DNA from: Chloroflexota bacterium
GTDB taxonomy: Bacteria > Chloroflexota > UBA11872 > VXOZ01
Direction of reading: 5' to 3'
NCBI GenBank assembly: GCA_965221905.1
Contig: OZ244922.1
Span: 32,001 to 96,000, forward strand
Length of the DNA stretch: 64,000 nt
Positions 19,393-29,300 of this stretch are shown piece by piece. The first letter of the stretch is position 1. The number at the start of each line of letters is the position of its first letter. A model generated the notes under the pieces. The model saw only the letters and a list, made by a program, of their open reading frames with translations. It searched no databases and had not been told where the DNA came from. The translations under genes and the position numbers were made by a program.

Positions 19393-19646
19393 TGCGCCAA
19401 CTGTTTTTGCTCCTCACGGCGCTCGTCCTGGCGCTGGTGCTCTGGGTGGAGTTCCGCACGCGCCTCTCACGCAGCCTCAAGATTGTGGCCTGGCTCATTC
19501 CCTCCATGCTTGTCATACGTCTTTTCTTCAACTGGTCGTGGGAGGACGCCATTTACCTGGGGCTCATAGTTGGAATTGGCGGCCTGGTGTGGCTGGCAGT
19601 TTGGTATGTCACGGGCCGTATTGTCCGCGATCAGACCGGGAAATAG
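19392..19646 (+). CDS. Small membrane protein (about 3 TM)
   Basis: TAATG stop/start overlap with the upstream gene; three hydrophobic stretches. Confidence 0.7.
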   Translation: MRQLFLLLTALVLALVLWVEFRTRLSRSLKIVAWLIPSMLVIRLFFNWSWEDAIYLGLIVGIGGLVWLAVWYVTGRIVRDQTGK

Positions 19647-19657
19647 CGCCATTTGAA

Positions 19658-19686
19658 TTGACGCAACCGGCTCGTTGCCGAATAAT
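19658..19686 (+). promoter_or_regulatory. Putative sigma70-type promoter
   Basis: TTGACG-N17-AATAAT about 30 nt upstream of the next ORF. Confidence 0.4.
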
Positions 19687-19715
19687 AGATACAGAACTCT
19701 CAAGGGATGCTCACT

Positions 19716-20117
19716 ATGCCGGATAAAATGTCCAAACGCGAAGAGCAAGAGGTGCGGCGGCTGCTCGACGGCATTGAAGTCTACGTGCCTGAAGAGAAGC
19801 AGCACATTCGCCGTACGCCGCCGTCAATGCAGCGTGTGCTTTTTGCCATTTTCGACCGCTTCGGCTCTAGCGGCACGCTGCTGCTGCTGGGTTTCGGTGG
19901 TCTGGTCTTAGGCAATGTATTGCGTCTCACGTTTCCGCTGGCGGCCCCACTGCTTGGTACCGCTGCTGCGTGCTGTTTTGGCGCCGCTTTGTTCCTCGCC
20001 TTCCGTGGCAAGCGAAAAGGGCCGACAAAGATGTGGCGCGGTCGCGAAATGACCGACTCATCCCCGAGTATGCTCGAGCGCCTGCAACGCAGATTGCAGT
20101 CGCGCCGCCGCTTTTAG
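19716..20117 (+). CDS. Hypothetical 2-TM membrane protein
   Basis: Charged N-terminus, two TM segments, basic tail with KMWRGR; start may be 19707, 19716 or 19728. Confidence 0.65.
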   Translation: MPDKMSKREEQEVRRLLDGIEVYVPEEKQHIRRTPPSMQRVLFAIFDRFGSSGTLLLLGFGGLVLGNVLRLTFPLAAPLLGTAAACCFGAALFLAFRGKRKGPTKMWRGREMTDSSPSMLERLQRRLQSRRRF

Positions 20118-20201
20118 CTTGTCAACGAGCACGGCACAGTTTTTACAGCCAATAAAGACGTTGGCTAGATTTCGCCCCTCAGTCGCTTAAGGAGAACAAC
20201 G

Positions 20202-22640
20202 ATGTTTCAGCGGCTCCTCCCGAATCCTGCACACGCACTTAGCCTAATCGGTCGACACATGTCTTTGGGCCGCTGGGTCGGACTGCTTTGCCTGAGTGGT
20301 GTCTTTTTACTGACCGCGGCTACCAATCAGTCGCCGTGCACAGAAGCTATTGACGGCGCAGATTGCGAAGCCCTTATATTTGGCGAGCTTGGTGACGTGC
20401 TGCGCGGCGAAGGCGGAGGAACCCTAAATTGGAGCCTTGAGACTCCTGTCAGCGAGTGGACCGGCGTTACCATCGACCCCGATACCAAGCGCGTCACTCG
20501 CATCGACCTCCGAAATCTGGATCTACGGGGAACCATTCCCGCCAGCCTGGGCCTCCTCACCGGCCTGGAGCGGCTGTGGCTTTCCGGCAACCAATTGACC
20601 GGTGACATTCCAACGGAGTTGGGCAACCTTTTCAATCTGGAGTGGATCGCACTGCGCGGCAACCAATTGACCGGCTGTGTCCCGGACGAATTCCACGACG
20701 TCCCGTATGGCGACGTGAGCCAGCTTGGCCTGCCGTATTGTGCCGAGAACGAACACGCGACGCTCTTGGCAGTCCGAGACGCGCTCGTCGGCGACGGCAC
20801 AGCCCTGAATTGGGCTGAAGACCTCGACGTCAGCGAGTGGGACGGGGTTGGCATCAATTTCCTGAAGCGCGTGACCTTCTTAAGCCTTTCGGAACACGGT
20901 TTGCGGGGCATCCTGCCGGCGGAGTTGGGTAGCCTTTCCCATTTGGCATCGCTCAATCTCTCGCGTAACCTCCTGAGCGGCGCGCTACCCGCGGCGTTGG
21001 GTCGTCTCACCAACTTAAGGACGCTGAATCTCTCACGCAACGGCCTGACCGGCGAGATACCGGTGGAACTCAGTTATCTCTCCAACCTGAGATCGCTTTC
21101 CCTCCATTACAACCGCTTGTCCGGCGAAATACCGGCGGAGTTCGGCAACCTTTCCAACCTGAGCTCCCTGGTGCTCTCCTTCAACCAACTAAGTGGCGAG
21201 ATTCCGGTAGAGCTGACCACCCTCCCCGAATTGTCGACATTGCACATCTCGTTCAACCGGCTGACCGGCGCGATTCCGGCGGAGATTGGCAACCTCTCCA
21301 ACCTGAGGACGCTGGTGCTCTGGAACAATCAGCTCACCGGTCCCATCCCGCTGGAGTTGGGCAATCTCACCGAACTGAGCAGTATTGACCTCGACAATAA
21401 CTTCCTTTCCGGTGAGATACCGGTGGAGTTGGGCAACCTTACCGAACTGCAAGACTTGTGGCTGGACAATAACCGCCTGACCGGCGAAATTCCGGTGGAA
21501 CTGGGCAACCTCCCCAACCTGTGGGCACTGGGCCTCGCCGGCAACCAACTGACCGGTACCATCCCGGCTGAACTGGGCAACATCCCGTTCATAGCCTATT
21601 TGGTCCTCAGCGGGAACCAACTGACCGGCAGCATACCGCCCGAACTGGGTAACCTTGTTCATCTGCGAGACTTCAATCTCTCCGACAATCGACTCACCGG
21701 TGAGATACCCGTGGAAATAGCGAATCTTGCCTTTGTGCGGACCTTTAGGCTCTCTAACAACAGGCTCACGGGTACGATACCGGTGGTGTTGGGCGATCTT
21801 CTCTACCTGGAGGAGTTGTCCCTGGCTTCCAACCAGCTGACGGGCAGCATACCGGCGAGCTTGAGTAACCCCGGCAAACTCGAGGTGTTAGACCTCAGCG
21901 ATAACAAACTAAGCGGCTCTATACCCGCCTCGCTGGGCAGTCTCTCAAGCCTGGGCGAAATTGACCTCTCCCACAACCACCTCACCGGCGAGATACCGGT
22001 GGAATTGGGCGACCTTGCCAGTTTGACTATATTGGACTTGGGCCATAACCGGCTGACGGGAACCATACCGATTGAGTTGAGCAAGCTCCGCAACTTGCAG
22101 TCGCTCGGCCTTTGGAACAACCAGCTTACTGGCAGCATTCCGGCTGAACTCGGCGATCTGGCGAACTTGCGGGCCATGGACATGCGCCACAATCAGCTCT
22201 CGGGCGAGCTTCCGGCAACGTTGGGTAATCTCTCCAATCTGCGTGAGTTGGACATCGACGAGAACCAGTTTTCCGGCAGCATTCCGGCGGAACTGGGCAA
22301 CTTGATCAGCTTGCGCGAGTTGGACCTCAACGAGAACCAGCTTACGGGCAGCATTCCGGCCACCCTGGGCAACCTGACGAACCTGGAATGGCTGGACCTG
22401 GACGAGAACCAGCTTTCCGGCAGCATTCCGGCTGAACTCGGTAACCTGGTTAACCTGCAGACGTTAGACCTGGGTGAAAATCAATTGAGCGGCAGTATTC
22501 CCGCCGCGCTGGGCAACCTCGCTACCTTGAGCAAGTTGGATCTCAGCGGGAACCAGCTTAGCGGGTGCATTCCGACTGCGCTGCGTAACGTCGAGTACAG
22601 CGACCTCGATCAACTCGATTTGGCGTTCTGCAGCAACTGA
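20202..22640 (+). CDS. Secreted plant-type leucine-rich-repeat protein (3 + 24 repeats in two capped modules)
   Basis: 24-aa repeat LxLxxNxLTGxIPxELGNLxxLxx; two LNW...WxGV N-caps and two GCxP...LxxC C-caps; AAGGAG RBS; hydrophobic signal-like segment. Confidence 0.95.
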   Translation: MFQRLLPNPAHALSLIGRHMSLGRWVGLLCLSGVFLLTAATNQSPCTEAIDGADCEALIFGELGDVLRGEGGGTLNWSLETPVSEWTGVTIDPDTKRVTRIDLRNLDLRGTIPASLGLLTGLERLWLSGNQLTGDIPTELGNLFNLEWIALRGNQLTGCVPDEFHDVPYGDVSQLGLPYCAENEHATLLAVRDALVGDGTALNWAEDLDVSEWDGVGINFLKRVTFLSLSEHGLRGILPAELGSLSHLASLNLSRNLLSGALPAALGRLTNLRTLNLSRNGLTGEIPVELSYLSNLRSLSLHYNRLSGEIPAEFGNLSNLSSLVLSFNQLSGEIPVELTTLPELSTLHISFNRLTGAIPAEIGNLSNLRTLVLWNNQLTGPIPLELGNLTELSSIDLDNNFLSGEIPVELGNLTELQDLWLDNNRLTGEIPVELGNLPNLWALGLAGNQLTGTIPAELGNIPFIAYLVLSGNQLTGSIPPELGNLVHLRDFNLSDNRLTGEIPVEIANLAFVRTFRLSNNRLTGTIPVVLGDLLYLEELSLASNQLTGSIPASLSNPGKLEVLDLSDNKLSGSIPASLGSLSSLGEIDLSHNHLTGEIPVELGDLASLTILDLGHNRLTGTIPIELSKLRNLQSLGLWNNQLTGSIPAELGDLANLRAMDMRHNQLSGELPATLGNLSNLRELDIDENQFSGSIPAELGNLISLRELDLNENQLTGSIPATLGNLTNLEWLDLDENQLSGSIPAELGNLVNLQTLDLGENQLSGSIPAALGNLATLSKLDLSGNQLSGCIPTALRNVEYSDLDQLDLAFCSN

Positions 22641-22690
22641 GCGGCATTGCTACGTTTTCACATAGCGATGCTTCCAAGGGCGGAGAAGAG

Positions 22691-22727
22691 GTGATCAGAC
22701 TGGCGGCATAGCCGCCAGTCTGATCAC
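22691..22727 (+). terminator. 17-bp perfect hairpin, probable terminator or RNA-stabilising stem
   Basis: GTGATCAGACTGGCGGC-ATA-GCCGCCAGTCTGATCAC 50 nt after the LRR stop; weak U-tract. Confidence 0.55.
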
Positions 22728-22764
22728 AGTTTCCGCAGGAGTTACTGAAGCGGCGTTACCGTCA

Positions 22765-23367
22765 ATGCGCATCGGCATCCTGGGCGGCACCTTCGACCCA
22801 ATCCACTGCGGTCACTTGATTGCGGCAGAGCATGCACGCACGGTGCAACAGCTTGACCGCGTGCTCTTCGTGCCGGCCAATCGTTCGCCGCTTAAGCCTG
22901 CCACGCAGGCCGCTACCGCGCACCGGGTAGCCATGGTACGCCTGGCCATTGCAGGCAATGCGGCCTTTGCGCTCTCCACGGTAGACATCGACCGTCCTCC
23001 ACCCAGCTATGCCGTTGATACTGTATCGATGCTCCAGCGCAACTGGCCCGGAGCCGAATTCGTCTTTCTCATCGGCGCCGACCAACTCGCGGAGTTACCG
23101 CAATGGCGCGCCCCCGAGCAACTCTTAGAAACAGTACCCATCGTCGCCCTCACTCGCCCTGGGGCAGCGCGCGCGGCCGCGGCCGGCCTGAAGGCACTCT
23201 CACCCGCGGCGCGCACACGCATCACCGTGCAAGAGATTCCAGCGATAGACATCTCCGCAAGCGCGATTCGGCAGCGTGTTGCCTGCGGTGAAACAGTCCG
23301 CCACCTCGCCCCGGCTTCCGTAGTCGAATACATCGAGACGCACAAGCTCTACCACCCCCCCGAATGA
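22765..23367 (+). CDS. nadD: Nicotinate-nucleotide adenylyltransferase
   Basis: GILGGTFDPIHCGHL, SPLK, FLIGAD, ISASAIR, YIETHKLY. Confidence 0.95.
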   Translation: MRIGILGGTFDPIHCGHLIAAEHARTVQQLDRVLFVPANRSPLKPATQAATAHRVAMVRLAIAGNAAFALSTVDIDRPPPSYAVDTVSMLQRNWPGAEFVFLIGADQLAELPQWRAPEQLLETVPIVALTRPGAARAAAAGLKALSPAARTRITVQEIPAIDISASAIRQRVACGETVRHLAPASVVEYIETHKLYHPPE

Positions 23368-23589
23368 TGAGGACAAGACGTAACGGCAACGGCAGCAGTC
23401 ACTCTCCCTTCCCATGTGAGTGACGTGCGGACAGCGTACAATAGTGGCGCAGGTGCGATAGATTTTTCGCTGCAGTCGCAATGACGATGAGAGCCCGCGC
23501 CCACAATTGGACAAGCCTATCCTCTCAGAAGGATAGTTGAAGAACCCGAAAAATGAGGGCCGCGGAGTCACCGAACACTAGGGGGGGTG

Positions 23590-23598
23590 TGCTATAAT
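23590..23598 (+). promoter_or_regulatory. Extended -10 promoter TGcTATAAT for rsfS
   Basis: TGCTATAAT ends 7 nt before the ATG at 23606; no SD sequence. Confidence 0.6.
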
Positions 23599-23605
23599 TA
23601 TACCG

Positions 23606-23950
23606 ATGGATGGCTTAGAGAAAGCGAAGCTTGCAGTCGATATTATGGCCGAACACGGTGGCGCCGACATTGCGCTGCTGGATATTCGACGTCAGACTGT
23701 TGTGGCCGATTTCTTCGTACTGTGTTCAGCGGATTCTACGCCGCAACTACGTGCGATAGTGGAGCACATCGAAGGAGAATTGAAGACGCGCGGCGAGTCG
23801 CCGCTTCGCAGCGAAGGCAAAGGTGACGGTGGCTGGGTTGTGCTTGATTACGGTGAAGTGATGGTGCACGTGTTCTCAAGCGATATGCGCGAGTACTACC
23901 GTCTTGAGCGCCTGTGGTCGCAAGCAACCACCATACTGCGTGTGCAGTGA
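23606..23950 (+). CDS. rsfS: Ribosome silencing factor
   Basis: ADFFVLCS, WVVLDYGEVMVHVF, REYYRLERLW; follows nadD. Confidence 0.95.
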   Translation: MDGLEKAKLAVDIMAEHGGADIALLDIRRQTVVADFFVLCSADSTPQLRAIVEHIEGELKTRGESPLRSEGKGDGGWVVLDYGEVMVHVFSSDMREYYRLERLWSQATTILRVQ

Positions 23951-24044
23951 CCCGCGATCCCGCTACGCGCCGCGCTAATGGATAGAGCCAGCGGCTCGAT
24001 GGCGACGTAAGCTACGGCGATAATGGGAAGAGACACCCCGCCTC

Positions 24045-24272
24045 ATGGCTTTCTTCGCCGCAGCAAGGGGGAATGATACTGTGCAAAGTTTGAAACTTGC
24101 GGAAGAAGGCCACTTCGTTTGGGGTGTTGCTCTCGGTGCTGTGTGCGGTTTGCTTCTCGGTTCAGTCATTGGTACGCTCCTCGGCCACGACAGTGTCTCG
24201 TACCTGCGTCGCATGACGCAACGCTTGCTCGGCCGCGACGAGGACGTGAATTTCGAAATCTTCGTGCAGTAG
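24045..24272 (+). CDS. Small membrane protein (start uncertain, may be 24081)
   Basis: Gly-rich TM FVWGVALGAVCGLLLGSVIG, C-terminus VNFEIFVQ. Confidence 0.5.
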   Translation: MAFFAAARGNDTVQSLKLAEEGHFVWGVALGAVCGLLLGSVIGTLLGHDSVSYLRRMTQRLLGRDEDVNFEIFVQ

Positions 24273-24628
24273 CGCACGTACCCAGTCCCTCTTCCTCTCC
24301 TTCGACCGCCGCCTGCCGTGAATCGGTTAGTTGCGGCGGCATCTCTACAACGCGCATTGCTTACCGCAGTCCCTTAGTCCTTCCCATGGTGATCGACAGT
24401 TCTCTTAGTGGGATACCACGGCACGGGCACTCGCTAAGCGCGCCGCGCCTCTCGACATGGAAAACGACAAGCTAGCGGTACGGCATTGTACGCCTTTGCT
24501 TTATAGCGGTCTTGGAAGGGCCTTTAGCCAACCCCAAACGATGGTTGGCGTGCTCACAACAAGATGAGCTCACTGCAAGTGTGCTTACTACAAACGGAAG
24601 TAGCGGGTGTCCGCCAAAACGCCAGTAT

Positions 24629-24661
24629 CCGTTCGTCCTGAGCCTGTCGAAGGATGAACGG
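24629..24661. repeat. REP family D (CCGTTCGTCCTGAGCCTGTCGAAGG)
   Basis: Copies at 24629, 31465, and reversed at 32759 and 57912. Confidence 0.85.
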
Positions 24662-24722
24662 ATTGCGATTTTCACAGCCGTTACGCAGGGCACAGCAAAA
24701 TCGGGCTTCTGCGAACCAGCCC

Positions 24723-27098
24723 CTATTGCGCGAGTTCCACCACGGTAGCGCCGTCGCCGCCTTCCCGTGCCGGGGCGGTGTGAAAGCGGCGTACGAGGGG
24801 ATGGCCGCGCAGCATCTCGTGCACGGCGGCGCGCAGCGCGCCGGTACCCTTGCCGTGGATGATGCGCACGCTCTTCAGGCCGCTGTGGAGCGCCTGATCG
24901 AGGTAGCGGTCCACGGTACCCATGCTCTCTTCCGCGCGATTGCCCCGGATATCGAGTTCACTCGGCACTGTCGGCGCGGTCGGCGTAATATCCCGCTGCC
25001 TCGATTCCTGTTCAGCGCTCCGCTCCTGCATCTCAACCAAGGTAATTTCATCGAGCGGCACGCGAGTCTTGATCTGCCCGAGTTGCAGCGCCACCAGACC
25101 ACGCGCATCCGGGGTCGCGACCACCTGTCCCGCCATCTCCCAGCCGCGCACCCGCACGGTATCGCCCACGGCGAGGGAGGGTGGTTCCCCCACTTGTCGT
25201 GTCGCCCGTTCCCGCGACCGCATCTCCCGCTGCCGCTCGCGGGCCTGCGAGGCAGCATGCTCTAGCAGCTTGCGGTTGGCTTGCATCGGAGCGGAAAAAA
25301 CTTTCGCCTGACGCACCAGCGCTTCGATCTGCTGCAGCAATTCTGCCGCTTCCTGGGTCGCATGATTCCACGCCGCGGTCTTTTGGTCGGCTATTGCCTC
25401 CTCCATATCCCGCACTCGCGCCGCCAGTTCGTCGCGCTGCGCTTCCACCGCAGTGCGGTCGTAGGCCAGGTGCTCCCGCTCCGCCTTGAGCTGTTCCGTC
25501 TCCTCCCGCAGGGAGATCAGCAACGCATCCACCGCCTGTTCGGTAGGGCTAAACCGCGCCTCCGCCTCCGCCGCGATAGCGGGGTTGAGACCCAGACGCC
25601 CGGCAATTTGCAGCGCATGGCTCGTGCCGGGCATGCCGATGGAGAGCACGTACGTCGGCGCCAGCCGTTCCACGTCAAATTCGACGCTGGCGTTCTGCAT
25701 GGACTCCTCCACGTGGGCCAGCGCTTTCACCGCCGAGAAGTGGCTCGTCGCCACCGTTGGCACACGCTTGTCGCGTAGATTGAGGAGAATCGCCTGCGCC
25801 AACGCCGACCCTTCCTGGGGATCGGTGCCCGCGCCAAGCTCGTCGAACAGCACCAATGATCGCTCATCGGCTTCATCGAGTATGGGAATGATCTTGGAGA
25901 GGTGCGACGAGAAGGTGGAAAGACTCTGCTCGATGCTCTGCTCGTCGCCAATGTCGGCGTGCACCTGCCGGAACACCGCCAGCCGCGAGCCTATCGCCAC
26001 CGGCAAGTGCAGTCCGCACTGCCCCATGAGCGTGAGCAAGCCGACGGTCTTGAGCGCCACGGTCTTGCCGCCGGTATTCGGTCCAGTGATTACGAGTACG
26101 TAGAAAGGTTGCGCCCGCTCGCGATGGGGGTCCTGCCCCAAGTAGACGTCAATGGGCACTACCGTACCGGTGAGGAGCGGATGCTTGGCCTGCCGAAACG
26201 AGAAACGGTAACCGGCAACGACGGTTGGCTGTTCGGCGTCAATTTTATCGGCGTAGCGCGCTTTGGCAAGAATGATGTCGATTGCGGCCAAGGTGCCCAC
26301 GTTTTCGTTGAGCTCCTGCTGGTATACGCCCACCTCAGCCGAAAGGGCCCGCAGAATGCGGTCTACTTCGCGTTTCTCTTCGCGCTGGACGCTGCGCCAG
26401 CGGTTATTGATCTCCACCACGTCCAGCGGTTCCACGAATACTGTCGCACCGCTGGAGGACTCATCATGCACGATGCCTTTCACACGACCGCGAAACTCGG
26501 ATTTCACCGGCAGGACGTAGCGGTCCGACCGCAGCGTGACAATCGGGTCTTGCAGGTAGGTGAGATACTCAGGCGCCCGCACCAGGGCCTGCATGCGGTC
26601 GAGCAGTTGGTTATGCACCGCGCGCACATCGAGGCGCAGCGAACGCAGCAGCGGACTGGCGCTATCCAGCACGTCGGCATCCTGTCCAATCGCCTGCTCG
26701 ATGGCGCCCTGCAGGGGATCGCACCGCATGATCTCCCGCGCCAGCAGGCTGAGGTGCGGGAACGACTCTGCGCGCCGCACGAGCATCTCACGCGTCATGC
26801 GCCCGCTCCGCACGGTGTCCGACACCTCCAGCAAAGCCGCCGGGTCCAGCACGCCGCCCCGGGCGGCATAGTCCACGAGACCGCGCACGTCATGGGCCGG
26901 GCCGATGGTGAAGTTCGGATGCAGGCGCAACAAATCCCGCGCTTCGGCGGTCTCCGCCAAGAGACGCTCCACCGCTTCCGGCTCCGTCGCCGGCATAAGC
27001 TCTTCCGCCAACGCCTTGCTGGCAGAAAAGTGCGCCTGCTCCGTCAGGAGCGCCCGAATCTTGGGGAATTCGAGAAGTTCGAGGGTCTTAGGATTCAT
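24723..27098 (-). CDS. mutS2: Endonuclease MutS2
   Basis: LEFPKI, GIVHDESSSGATVFVEP, ITGPNTGGKT, DIGDEQSIEQSLSTFSSH, DELGAGTDP, Smr domain IIHGKGTGAL. Confidence 0.97.
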   Translation of the reverse strand: MNPKTLELLEFPKIRALLTEQAHFSASKALAEELMPATEPEAVERLLAETAEARDLLRLHPNFTIGPAHDVRGLVDYAARGGVLDPAALLEVSDTVRSGRMTREMLVRRAESFPHLSLLAREIMRCDPLQGAIEQAIGQDADVLDSASPLLRSLRLDVRAVHNQLLDRMQALVRAPEYLTYLQDPIVTLRSDRYVLPVKSEFRGRVKGIVHDESSSGATVFVEPLDVVEINNRWRSVQREEKREVDRILRALSAEVGVYQQELNENVGTLAAIDIILAKARYADKIDAEQPTVVAGYRFSFRQAKHPLLTGTVVPIDVYLGQDPHRERAQPFYVLVITGPNTGGKTVALKTVGLLTLMGQCGLHLPVAIGSRLAVFRQVHADIGDEQSIEQSLSTFSSHLSKIIPILDEADERSLVLFDELGAGTDPQEGSALAQAILLNLRDKRVPTVATSHFSAVKALAHVEESMQNASVEFDVERLAPTYVLSIGMPGTSHALQIAGRLGLNPAIAAEAEARFSPTEQAVDALLISLREETEQLKAEREHLAYDRTAVEAQRDELAARVRDMEEAIADQKTAAWNHATQEAAELLQQIEALVRQAKVFSAPMQANRKLLEHAASQARERQREMRSRERATRQVGEPPSLAVGDTVRVRGWEMAGQVVATPDARGLVALQLGQIKTRVPLDEITLVEMQERSAEQESRQRDITPTAPTVPSELDIRGNRAEESMGTVDRYLDQALHSGLKSVRIIHGKGTGALRAAVHEMLRGHPLVRRFHTAPAREGGDGATVVELAQ

Positions 27099-27344
27099 GG
27101 GCCTGGTTTATTGCTTATTCCGGTTTGACTGTCAATTCAATCCGTCATTTCCGCGAACGTGTGAATATAACCGAAAATCCGTCATTCCGCGAAAGCGGGA
27201 ATCCATCTTCCACGCGGGATTCGACCATGTGTCGGCTGCAGTGCCACCTTTCTAGTGTAGCCTGCGCGGGCAGCCGAGGGTAGAGCTTTGTGTCGGTGCA
27301 ATAGCATTAGCTAATGCGATAAGTTACGTAGCGCCCACTGTCCG

Positions 27345-27367
27345 GTAGCGCAGGTTTGAAACCTGCG
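27345..27367. repeat. GTAG-type REP GTAGCGCAGGTTTGNAACCTGCG (family F)
   Basis: Copies at 27345, 34816, 37398. Confidence 0.85.
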
Positions 27368-27470
27368 CCCATCGAGTCAGAGCAGTCTGCATCATATTGC
27401 AAACAGAGTCCTGTACTGGAGGGTTGGAGACAGCCAAGGGGGGATGCGCGAACGGAAATCTGCTGGATCT

Positions 27471-29048
27471 TTATTGCTTCCCACCCACATCCGCCAGCAG
27501 GCCGTCGCGCAACTCCCGTTTCAGCACCTTGCCCATGGCGTTGCGGGGGAGTTCGTTCACGAAGTGGACCTCGCTGGGCACCTGGTAGTCCACGCTGCGC
27601 TCGCGGCAGAAGTCGCGGACAGCACGGGGTGTGGCTTCGGTGGCGGTGTCGGGGTCTTTCACCACCACAGCCACCACTTTTTCGCCGCGCAGGTCGTCGG
27701 GCAGGCCGAACACGGCGGATTCCTTCACGCCCGGGCAATCGTTGAGCACGCGCTCGACCATGGGCGGGTACACGTTGAAGCCCTTGGTGATGATGAGGTC
27801 GACTTTCCTGCCGATAAGAGTCAAATACCCTTGGTGACTTAAAAAACCTAGGTCGCCGGTGGCAAAGTAGCCCTCGTGGGCAAACGCCTCGGCGGTGGCT
27901 TCCGGCCTGTTCAGGTAGTGAGTGAAGATAACCGGGCCTTTCACGTGCACCTCACCCACCGCGTGTCCTTCCTTGGTCTTGGAGCCGTCCTCGACCATGG
28001 TCATCTCGACCCCGTCCAGCGGCAGTCCCACCGAGCCCTGTACGCTGGGGCGATCGATAGGCAGGCTGGCAATCACGTGGCTCTCCGTCATGCCGTAACG
28101 GTTGATGAGCGGATTCCTTAGAATACCTTCCAGTTCCGGCAGGACTTCGGGGCGAATCGGCGCGGAACCGCACGTGAAGAGCCGCACGTGCGACCACTGC
28201 TTGGCGTGCTCGCGAAACTCAGGGCGGTTCAAGAACTGATAATACATGGGCGGAATCGCCATGAAGACCGTGGCGCGGTCGATGAGGTCCAGGGTGCGCA
28301 CCGGGTGAAATTGGTCGCCCATGAGCATATGGGCGCCCGTGAGGAAATTCACGTGGCTGGCGAACGAGAGTCCATGAATATGGAAGAACGGCAGCACGTT
28401 CACGAGCACATCGTCCGGCGTGAACGCCCAGCAGTCGGCCAACGAGCGCACGGCCGCGCCGAGATTGGCATGCGTGTGCACCACGCCCTTGGGCTGGCCG
28501 GTGGTGCCGGAAGAATAAAGCAGCAGCGCCCAATCGTCAGCCGTAGAAGCGGGCAGCGGGGCCGTGGGCTGCGGCGCCAGCGCGAGAAACTCGTCGGCGT
28601 GTAGGATACCCCTCAGCGAATTCTCCTGATCCTCTACCAACGCCTGCAACACCGGCAGTTCGGCAGACCCGCCTATCGCCAGCACTGAACCGCTGTCTGC
28701 AGCGTAGTAGCGCATCTCGCTGGGCGTGAACTTGAAGTTGAGCGGCAACGAGACGCCGCCGGCGCGTATCGCCCCCAGATGCGCCAGCAGCAGCGCGCGC
28801 TTGTCCGCCGTGTAGAGAATCACCCGCTCGCCGGGACGCAAGCCCTGCCGCTGCAAGTGCGCCGCCGCCGCGCGGGTCCGTGCATCCAACTCGGCATAGG
28901 TCCAGGTCTCGCCCCGATACGTCAGCGCCGGCCGCGCCGAAAACTGCACAAACGCCGCTTCAAGCTGGTCGCGAAACGGTTGAAATGTCATCGCCGAGGT
29001 TGCATTCATAGCTAGCGGTTTCCGTTCCCAGCAGGACTCTTTTGCCAT
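27471..29048 (-). CDS. AMP-binding acyl-CoA synthetase (MatB/malonyl-CoA synthetase-like)
   Basis: YSSGTTGQPKG, LPFFHIHGL, RYGMTE, TGDLG, LPRNAMGKV; start uncertain (29048, 29009 or 28991). Confidence 0.85.
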   Translation of the reverse strand: MAKESCWERKPLAMNATSAMTFQPFRDQLEAAFVQFSARPALTYRGETWTYAELDARTRAAAAHLQRQGLRPGERVILYTADKRALLLAHLGAIRAGGVSLPLNFKFTPSEMRYYAADSGSVLAIGGSAELPVLQALVEDQENSLRGILHADEFLALAPQPTAPLPASTADDWALLLYSSGTTGQPKGVVHTHANLGAAVRSLADCWAFTPDDVLVNVLPFFHIHGLSFASHVNFLTGAHMLMGDQFHPVRTLDLIDRATVFMAIPPMYYQFLNRPEFREHAKQWSHVRLFTCGSAPIRPEVLPELEGILRNPLINRYGMTESHVIASLPIDRPSVQGSVGLPLDGVEMTMVEDGSKTKEGHAVGEVHVKGPVIFTHYLNRPEATAEAFAHEGYFATGDLGFLSHQGYLTLIGRKVDLIITKGFNVYPPMVERVLNDCPGVKESAVFGLPDDLRGEKVVAVVVKDPDTATEATPRAVRDFCRERSVDYQVPSEVHFVNELPRNAMGKVLKRELRDGLLADVGGKQ

Positions 29049-29132
29049 TCTACTGTCTTCCGTAGACTTTCGAATGAACTTGGTTAGGAGCAGAAGTCCA
29101 CTCTCTGCGCCCAACAGTCCCCTCTCCCTATG

Positions 29133-29260
29133 AAAAACCTTACATGAACCCGGCCAGATGTGAAAAATCCCCTCTCACTGAGGGAGAGGGCTAGGGTGAG
29201 GGTGGATCCTCGTCAATTTGACCCAATTTCGCTTGCTTATACGAGTTAAGCAAAGTCTTC
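29133..29260. mobile_element. Degenerate copy of the GAGACC MITE
   Basis: Follows CCCTCTCCC; AAAACCTTACATGAACCCGGCCAG ... GAGTTAAGCAAAGTCTTC; body aligns with 16498-16601. Confidence 0.55.
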
Positions 29261-29300
29261 CTCCGGGACGGAAGAGTTTGCATCGCCAAGTCCGTCCTCA

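Noticed and set aside
20850-22580. Regular 72-bp periodicity that could be taken for a CRISPR or DGR array
   Set aside because: In-frame LRR coding repeats; no repeat-spacer structure, cas gene or reverse transcriptase in the window
25902-27128. 408-aa plus-strand ORF and similar long antisense ORFs (e.g. 47056-48069, 11751-12623)
   Set aside because: Antisense shadows of real high-GC genes, with no recognisable motifs
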